Positions 57,539 through 64,000 of a stretch of 64,000 bases of DNA are shown piece after piece. The first letter of the stretch is position 1, and each line of letters starts with the position of its first letter. Source of the DNA: Nitrospirota bacterium. Its GTDB lineage: Bacteria > Nitrospirota > Nitrospiria > 2-01-FULL-66-17. The translations under genes were made by a program, and so were the position numbers. The DNA is taken from the NCBI GenBank assembly GCA_049325295.1, contig JBMOMD010000033.1, positions 11,588-75,587 of the forward strand, written 5' to 3'. The notes beneath the pieces were generated by a model. It did not search any database and had not been told where the DNA came from. It saw only the letters and a program-made list of their open reading frames with translations.

Positions 57539-60500
57539 CGAGGACGAAGTGGATGCGGGTGGCAGTGGGGGGGCTGGCACTGGGTGCGTGGCTATCCGGC
57601 GGCCCACCTGCGGTGCGCGCCGCGGATGAACACGGCGCGCACGAGGCGGGATCTGGAACGACCGTGGTCGCGGCCGCTCAGGAACCGGCGTCGTGGGAAC
57701 AGAAATTCAAGGAGCAGTTGGAACGGGAGGATGTGGCGGAAGGCCGCATGGGTCACCGGGAACAGGTGCAGGCCGCAATGAACAAGCTGATGGAGGAAAT
57801 CGCGCGTGGCACCAACGCGCACGGCGCCCATACCGCGGCGCAAGGTCCGTACAGCGACGCGGCCATGGCTCAGCAGATGGACGGCAGCTATTTTCTGGGC
57901 GTGGCCTCCACGGCCGAGAGCGTGACCCAGGGCGGCCGCTGTCCCGCGAACGTGCCGACCAAAACCTACGACGTATCGGCCATCAACGTGGAGATCACGC
58001 TGAACCAATGGTTGGACTATCACCCCGGCTACATGTACGCGCTCACCGAGGATCTCCCCAGGGTCCGGGAGGAAGAGAAGGTTAACCGGGAAGCGCGCAA
58101 ATCAACGGGATACAACCCCGGTGCCGTGACCCTCGGCATGCAGACCGACGCGATTCAGCCGATCGTGCTCCGAGGGAATCAGGGCGATTGCGTGGTCATT
58201 ACCCTGCGGAATCAGCTCGACGGCGAGGACGTGGGGATTCACGTCCACGGCTCCAGTATGATCATCAAGTCTACCGGAGCCGCGGCCACCGCGGCGAACG
58301 CCGACTCCACGGTCAAACCGGGCAAGAGCCAGACGTTCGAATGGTATATCCTGCCGTCAGAGCAGGAAGGCTCGCACATGCTCCACAGCCACGTGGGTCG
58401 CGAGCAGGCGAGCTTGGGCATGATCGGCGCGTTCATCGTCGAGCCGATGGGGTCCCGGTACCTGGATCCGATCTCCGGGAAAGAGGTCAAGAACGGGTGG
58501 CAAATGATGATCGACGACCCGAAGGGGCCGGACTTCCGGGAGTATGCGATCTTCTACCACGAGATCGGCGACGAGTCGTTCCGGCCGTTGAACAAACAGG
58601 GCGATACGGTTCCGCAACGCGACCCGAACACGGACGCGTACCGACCGTCGGCGCGGGCGCTGAACTATCGCAGCGAGCCGTTCGGCATCAACAATCTGGC
58701 GCTCCAAGAGAAGTATTTCCACTTTGAAGATGAGTCCATGTCCTACAGTTCGTACACCTTCGGCGACGTGCCGACGCCGATTCCGAGGGGCTATATGGGC
58801 GATCCGAACAAGTGGCGCTTGATTCACGGCGGAGGCGAGGTGTTTCACTCGCACCACCCCCACGGGGGATCGATCCGCTGGCTGCGTCAGCCCAAGGCCG
58901 ACGGCAAGGGGCAGTTCCTGTTGACCGCGGCCGGCAACGGACCGGTGAAGTATCCTGAAGTCAGGACCACGTCGGATCGGGTGGACGTAGAAGTGATCGG
59001 ACCATCCGAAGTGCTCGATCTTCAGACCGAATGCGGTTGGGGATTGTGTCAGCAGGTGGCGTCCGAGTATCTGTTCCACTGCCACGTCGCGCACCACTAC
59101 GTCGCGGGCATGTGGTCCTACGGCCGAGGGTACAACACGCTGCAGACCGGCAACTACCCGTTAGGCAGCACCGACCCGATGCCGCCGTTACAGGAACTTC
59201 CGGACCGCAAGGGGCGGATGAAGGCCGCGGTGACGTCGGATCAGTTGGTGGGCAAGACCATGGACTGGTACGACAAGAAGTGGAACATCACCGCGAACAA
59301 GACGGACTTCTCCAAGCCCATTCCGGACGTGTCGATCAAGGATTGGGTCAAGATGATGCTCCCGCCGGCCGGACAGCCGGGCCATACCGCGGATGAGAAA
59401 GGCCAGATCATGGCCTACGACGCGACCGTGTTCGACTGGATCTGGGACGGGAACAAGGCCATGGGCGAGGCCGAGGCGACTCAGAAGTTCGACAACCCGA
59501 AGTACAAGTCGCCGATACCCGGGAAACGGCCGCCGATCCTGTTTGACGCCAAGACCGGCAAGCTGGCCCATCCGTTTATGAAGCCGCATTTCGGCAAACG
59601 GAATCCCTTCGGCAGGCATCATGGACCGGCGCCGTGGTTGGAACCGATCCATATGGACAAGAGCACCGGGTCGTTGGCCACCGAGCCCGGCGGTCTGGGC
59701 GTTGCCGGAGGCGAGACGAATCAGCCAGCGCGTCCGGGCGAGCAGGGCAAGTGGAGTCTTTGCCCTGAAAAAGCCGGTCGCAAGCAATACACGATCCACT
59801 TTATCGAAACCCCGATTACCATGAATCAGGCCATCGGGAAACAGAAGCCGGTGGTGGATCAGCACGGGACCATCTATGTGCTGCATGAGGAGGAGGCCGC
59901 GGTCCGTGCCAACTCCGACTTGGCCCGTCCGCTGGTCTATCGATCCAACGTGTACGACTGCGTGGACGTCATCTTGAAGAGCGAGTGGGAGGACAACGAC
60001 ACCACGAACTTCCAGATGTCCAAGATCAACATCCATCCGCACTTCATGCAGTTCGACAACAACGCGAGCGACGGCGTGATCACCGGATTTGCCTATGAGA
60101 TGTCGGTCCGGCCGTTCACGCAGTTCAAGAAGGACAAGCACAAGGGGTTGCCGGTGCCGATGAACGCCCGCCTGACGGAGGACGTCAAGGCTGGCGCCAC
60201 GTCGATCAAGATCCAGATGCCGGAAGGCGCGACGAAATACCACGTCGGCACCGACATCATGATCGGGATGGACGAGGTCAACACCTCGGAGGTTCGCTGG
60301 ATCACGGACATCAAGGGCGACACGCTGGTGTTCGGCGAGCCGCTCAAACACGCCCACAAGAAGGGCGAGATCGCGTCGGTGGAATTCATCCGGTATCGCT
60401 ACTGGGTGGACGTGGATCTCGGCACCGTGTTCTGGCACGACCACGCGCTCGGCGGCACCACGTGGCCGCACGGCGCGGTGGGCGGCAACATCGTCGAGCC

Positions 60501-62439
60501 ATACGGTTCGACGTATCATGACCCTGTGACCGGAAAAGAGATCCGGAGCGGGCCGATCGCGGATATTCATACGACGGAGCCGGTGGGCTATGGCGTGAAC
60601 GGCAGTTTCCGTGAAATGGTGCAATACCTGCACGATACCGTGCCGTACACCGCGCAGGTCGTCACCGCGGGCAATCCGCCGGGACAGACGGTGCAGGCGG
60701 CGATCGACGCGGGGCAGGCGTTGTTCTTCCAGATGCCGTACGACCTGGATCTGGTGTCGGTGCCCATGATCAACGGCGGGACCCACACCACCGGAGGCGG
60801 GTTTTTCTTCAAGGCGGAATCCATCGCCAAACGCCTCAAGAACAATCCGGACCCGTCGCAGGTTTTCTCCACCAAAGTCCACGGGATCGATCCGGGAACG
60901 CCGATGTTGCGCGCCTACGTGGGCGACCCGGTGGTGTTTCGCGTGCTGCACGTGATGATGAACGAATCGCACACGTGGCATATGGCCGGGCACGCGTTCC
61001 GCACCGAACGGTACGCGGAGCATTCGGATTTCCGAAACGCGTACCACGTGGGCATCGCGGAACGGTACGACCTGGTGACCAAGGCCGGCGGACCGCAGCG
61101 GATGGCCGGGGACTACCTGCACTACGACGGGCGTCCCTCCCATTTGTCGGAAGGAAGCTGGGGGATCTTCCGGGTCTTGGATAAAGAAGTGCCTGATCTC
61201 AAGAAGCTGCCGGGTTACGAGGAGATTCCGGCGTCCGCGAAGGCGGTGTGTCCGTCGGATGCGCCGGTCAAGACCTTCAACGTGATCGCGGCGGATCGGG
61301 CGTTGAAGTACAACGTCAACGCGCCGGACGCGATCGAGGTGGATTTCGACCGCACGATCCAAGTGGCGAACCCGCAGGGCAAGATCTACATACTCGAAGG
61401 GGAAAAGTCGAAAGTGGCGGAAGGCGGAGCGCAGCCCATGCCGCTGACCCTGCACGTGAACGTGGGGGACTGCATCAAGGTCAACTTGAAGAATGAAATG
61501 AAGGCGAGCCGCGCGTCGTTCAGCGCGGACATGCTGGCGTTCGATCCCAAGGATTCGCAAGGGGTCAACGTGGGCAACAACCCCGGCGACCAGACGGTGG
61601 GGCCGGGCCAGAGCCGGACCTACACCTACTACGCGCCTCCGCAGTACGGGGAGACCGCGGCGCTGGTGTGGGACTGGGGGAACTTCGTCAACAACGTCCG
61701 GGACGGGTTGTTCGGGGCGATCATCGTCGGGCCGAAGGGATCGAAGTACCGGGATCCCAAGACCGGCGAGGACGTCGGCCTGAAGAACGCGTGGCAGGTG
61801 GACGTGGTCGTGGACCGGACGATTCCGGAGAATGCGACCAAGTCCGATTACCGCGATGCCTCGTTGTTCTTCCAGGACGAGGACAATATCATCGGGACCG
61901 CGTTCATGCCCTATATCCAACAGATCGGCGGATTGACGGGCGTGAATTACCGGACCGAGCCGTGGTTGTATCGTGAGGAGAAGGGCTGCGACATGGGCAG
62001 TATGTTCACGCCCTGCGTGGCCGGGGAATCCGATCCGGTCACCCCGACCATCATGTCCCATGCGGGCGATCCGGTGAAGATCCACGTGTTCGGCGCGTTC
62101 AACGAGCAGAACCAGGTCTTCAGCTTGGAGGGTCATGAATGGCCGCTCAAAGTCAACATGGAAGGCGCTGATATGCTCAGTTCGGAAGAGTTCGGCTCCT
62201 CCGAGAACTTGAATGTCTTCTTGAGAACAGCGGGTGGGCCGTTCAATCTTCCGGGGGACTACCTCTGGCAGAACCATCGGATGCCGTATGCCCAAGCTGG
62301 GCAGTGGGGGTATCTGCGGGTGCTGCCGGCCGGGGATCGACGGATCCTTCCGCTGAACAGCGGAGGGCCTGGCGGTCGGACCGCGGAGTTGCCGCGGGAA
62401 GACGGGCTGGCTGTCTCGATGTTGCAGCCGGAGAAGTAA
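57535..62439 (+). CDS. Giant secreted multicopper oxidase (1634 aa, MofA/MnxG-like, >=6 cupredoxin domains in three tandem pseudo-repeats)
   Basis: Signal peptide; MCO copper motifs 'IHVHG', 'MLHSH', 'HSHHPHG', perfect type-1/trinuclear signature 'HCHVAHHYVAGM' (H515-C516-H517..H521..M526); second unit 'IHPHF', 'WHDHALGGTTWPHG', 'HTWHMAGHAF'; third unit degenerate. Confidence 0.8.
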   Translation: MTRTKWMRVAVGGLALGAWLSGGPPAVRAADEHGAHEAGSGTTVVAAAQEPASWEQKFKEQLEREDVAEGRMGHREQVQAAMNKLMEEIARGTNAHGAHTAAQGPYSDAAMAQQMDGSYFLGVASTAESVTQGGRCPANVPTKTYDVSAINVEITLNQWLDYHPGYMYALTEDLPRVREEEKVNREARKSTGYNPGAVTLGMQTDAIQPIVLRGNQGDCVVITLRNQLDGEDVGIHVHGSSMIIKSTGAAATAANADSTVKPGKSQTFEWYILPSEQEGSHMLHSHVGREQASLGMIGAFIVEPMGSRYLDPISGKEVKNGWQMMIDDPKGPDFREYAIFYHEIGDESFRPLNKQGDTVPQRDPNTDAYRPSARALNYRSEPFGINNLALQEKYFHFEDESMSYSSYTFGDVPTPIPRGYMGDPNKWRLIHGGGEVFHSHHPHGGSIRWLRQPKADGKGQFLLTAAGNGPVKYPEVRTTSDRVDVEVIGPSEVLDLQTECGWGLCQQVASEYLFHCHVAHHYVAGMWSYGRGYNTLQTGNYPLGSTDPMPPLQELPDRKGRMKAAVTSDQLVGKTMDWYDKKWNITANKTDFSKPIPDVSIKDWVKMMLPPAGQPGHTADEKGQIMAYDATVFDWIWDGNKAMGEAEATQKFDNPKYKSPIPGKRPPILFDAKTGKLAHPFMKPHFGKRNPFGRHHGPAPWLEPIHMDKSTGSLATEPGGLGVAGGETNQPARPGEQGKWSLCPEKAGRKQYTIHFIETPITMNQAIGKQKPVVDQHGTIYVLHEEEAAVRANSDLARPLVYRSNVYDCVDVILKSEWEDNDTTNFQMSKINIHPHFMQFDNNASDGVITGFAYEMSVRPFTQFKKDKHKGLPVPMNARLTEDVKAGATSIKIQMPEGATKYHVGTDIMIGMDEVNTSEVRWITDIKGDTLVFGEPLKHAHKKGEIASVEFIRYRYWVDVDLGTVFWHDHALGGTTWPHGAVGGNIVEPYGSTYHDPVTGKEIRSGPIADIHTTEPVGYGVNGSFREMVQYLHDTVPYTAQVVTAGNPPGQTVQAAIDAGQALFFQMPYDLDLVSVPMINGGTHTTGGGFFFKAESIAKRLKNNPDPSQVFSTKVHGIDPGTPMLRAYVGDPVVFRVLHVMMNESHTWHMAGHAFRTERYAEHSDFRNAYHVGIAERYDLVTKAGGPQRMAGDYLHYDGRPSHLSEGSWGIFRVLDKEVPDLKKLPGYEEIPASAKAVCPSDAPVKTFNVIAADRALKYNVNAPDAIEVDFDRTIQVANPQGKIYILEGEKSKVAEGGAQPMPLTLHVNVGDCIKVNLKNEMKASRASFSADMLAFDPKDSQGVNVGNNPGDQTVGPGQSRTYTYYAPPQYGETAALVWDWGNFVNNVRDGLFGAIIVGPKGSKYRDPKTGEDVGLKNAWQVDVVVDRTIPENATKSDYRDASLFFQDEDNIIGTAFMPYIQQIGGLTGVNYRTEPWLYREEKGCDMGSMFTPCVAGESDPVTPTIMSHAGDPVKIHVFGAFNEQNQVFSLEGHEWPLKVNMEGADMLSSEEFGSSENLNVFLRTAGGPFNLPGDYLWQNHRMPYAQAGQWGYLRVLPAGDRRILPLNSGGPGGRTAELPREDGLAVSMLQPEK

Positions 62440-62499
62440 TGGCATTCGGACAACGGTAGTCGGGAGGGGCAGGGAACCGCGGATGTTCCCTGCCCCTTC

Positions 62500-63465
62500 A
62501 TGTCGAGCAAGGGGAACGCAATGCGGCGTGTCACTGGTGTACGAGGTGTCTTAACAGGATTGGTCGTGGCGGCAGTGGCCGGGGGCTCGCTGGCCTGGGC
62601 CGTTCCTGATTATGAGGAGACGACGGTGAGCAACGCCGGCAGCATTACCGGCACCGTGAGCTTAACCGGGCCGATTCCCGAACCCAGGGTGTTCCCCTTG
62701 GTCCTGTATCCATTCGGTCCATTCTGCAAAAAGATTTCGGACGGCCGCGGCCATATTCAGGTGGACGAGTTCCTCGTGTCATCGGACCGTGGACTGCAAG
62801 ATACGATCGTCGCGGTCCAGCAGGTCAGGAAGGGCAAGCCGTTTCCGCCCCTCAAACAGGAGCTGGTGGCGGTAGACTGCATGTTCCATCCCGCGGAGAC
62901 CGCGGAGGACGAACTGTTTGCGATCGACGCCAAGGGCAAGTTGCACCACGAGCACCCCTTGGTCATGGTGCTGAGAAATCACCAGCCGATCTGGGTGGTC
63001 AACCGCGACCCGATCATCCACAACGGGCAGGTCTTTCAGAACGAAAAGGGCAATATCATTCTCAACTTCCCATTGCCGGTGGCCGAGGAACCGCGCGGCG
63101 GCATGCTGGATTTCGATCCGGGAAAACGCGTCTCCCAGATGATTTGCGGCATGCACGAATTTATGCAGGCGTGGGGATTCGTCGTGGACAATCCGTACTA
63201 CGCGCGAACCAAGAAAGACGGGAAATTCACGATCGACGGACTGCCGCCCGGCACCTATCGCGTGGCCGCGTGGCATCCGCACTTGCCGATCATCGAGCGG
63301 GAAGTAACGGTGCCGGCCGACGGCACGGCGTCATTCGATGTGGTATTCGACGGGTCGCGGGTCGTGCGTCCTGCGTACGAAAGCCAGGAGAAGTTTCGGA
63401 TCGGGCCGGAGGCGCGTCCCCATGAACACCTGGAAGAATGCGTGCCTCCCTATTGCGAGGAGTAG
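62500..63465 (+). CDS. Secreted CarboxypepD_reg-like + cupredoxin-like protein
   Basis: Signal peptide; 'NRDPIIHNGQVF', 'ICGMHEFMQAWGFVV' (C-x2-H-x2-M), 'GTYRVAAWHPH', C-terminal 'CVPPYCEE'; ~55% identical to 54193..55161. Confidence 0.6.
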   Translation: MSSKGNAMRRVTGVRGVLTGLVVAAVAGGSLAWAVPDYEETTVSNAGSITGTVSLTGPIPEPRVFPLVLYPFGPFCKKISDGRGHIQVDEFLVSSDRGLQDTIVAVQQVRKGKPFPPLKQELVAVDCMFHPAETAEDELFAIDAKGKLHHEHPLVMVLRNHQPIWVVNRDPIIHNGQVFQNEKGNIILNFPLPVAEEPRGGMLDFDPGKRVSQMICGMHEFMQAWGFVVDNPYYARTKKDGKFTIDGLPPGTYRVAAWHPHLPIIEREVTVPADGTASFDVVFDGSRVVRPAYESQEKFRIGPEARPHEHLEECVPPYCEE

Positions 63466-63467
63466 CG

Positions 63468-64000
63468 TATGAACACGCGAGCGGTGATCGGGCGACTGGT
63501 CGCGGCCGGATGGGCGGGTCTGGTGATCCTGACCGGGGCATCGGTGAGCTGGGGGTACGAAGAGGTCTCGGTGCGTGACGGCGGCACCATCACCGGCCGG
63601 GTGGTGCTCAATGGGCCGCCGCCGCCGGCCAGGATCTACCACATGGTGTTCTCGCCGAACATCGACTTCTGTACTCGGATCTCCGACGGCAACGGGAACC
63701 GGCTGCTTCCGGAGTTTCGGGTCTCGGACGCCGGGGACTTTCAAGACGTGGTGGTGGCCGTGGTCGGCGTGGAGCGGGGCAAGCCGTTCGACTACACGCC
63801 GTCGTTGACGTTGGAAAACTGCCGCATGGGGCCGTTCGTCACCGCGGTCAGGAACGGCCACCCCTTGGCGATCGTCAACAAGGATCCCGTGGTTCACGAC
63901 GTGCAAGGCTACACCAGCGGTGATCCGTATACGTTCATGATGTTCAACAAGCCGATGCTGCCGGAAAGCAGCGTGTCGAAGGACATTCGTCTCAGAAACG
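63468..64000 (+). CDS. Secreted CarboxypepD_reg-like + cupredoxin-like protein, 3'-truncated at window edge
   Basis: Signal peptide; 'ITGRVVLNGPPPPARIYHMVFSPNIDFCTRISDGNGN' aligns with N-termini of the two paralogs above; 'NKDPVVHDVQGY' His-region. Confidence 0.55.

Noticed and set aside
59188-62445. 1085-aa minus-strand ORF
   Set aside because: Antisense to the multicopper oxidase, whose plus-strand translation carries textbook MCO copper motifs; the minus frame is Arg/His/Val low-complexity.

Overview
High-GC (~65%) bacterial chromosomal window, densely coded on both strands; most long antisense ORFs in the track are GC-driven artefacts. Taxon unknown. Main blocks: (1) 1-7.2 kb, an ABC-transporter-dependent glycan export/assembly locus (Wzm/Wzt-like permease and ATPase, a sulfotransferase-GT2-GT2 fusion, two GT2 genes, a stand-alone APS kinase), i.e. 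a candidate PAPS-dependent sulfated polysaccharide pathway. (2) 7.2-9.4 kb, a small accessory islet with two toxin-antitoxin pairs (DUF4160/DUF2442 and HigB/HigA-like), bounded by a diverged ~175-bp second copy of the cysC 3' end. (3) 10-17 kb, a beta-oxidation operon (fadD, thiolase, HADH, crotonase) followed by a GAF histidine kinase overlapping a PilZ gene. (4) 17.5-30.5 kb, housekeeping genes (truA, AmiC-like amidase, LpoA-like TPR/PBP protein, M50 protease, trpS, orphan oppDF ATPases, engB, purA, tRNA-Lys, tRNA-Glu) plus a di-haem cytochrome c peroxidase / cupredoxin pair. (5) 30.6-38.7 kb, two-component genes, a translationally coupled beta-CASP nuclease / thymidine-phosphorylase-like / Prs-like operon, cytochrome c', DyP peroxidase. 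(6) 39.2-42.7 kb, a tandem array of ~87-bp hairpin-containing repeats, DUF559, RtcA and a kinase/P-loop kinase gene. (7) 42.8-52.5 kb, a c-di-GMP turnover protein, Crp/Fnr, PRTase, USP, nucleotidyltransferase, CapA, hydrolase. (8) 52.6-64 kb, the most unusual part: a copper-protein island with a 1634-aa MofA/MnxG-like multicopper oxidase (three tandem pseudo-repeats, upstream ORF stop codon overlapping its start) surrounded by five paralogous secreted cupredoxin-like proteins. All homology calls are from motifs read in the translations; no database search was possible. Coordinates read directly from the sequence (tRNAs, terminators, repeats) may be off by a few bases.
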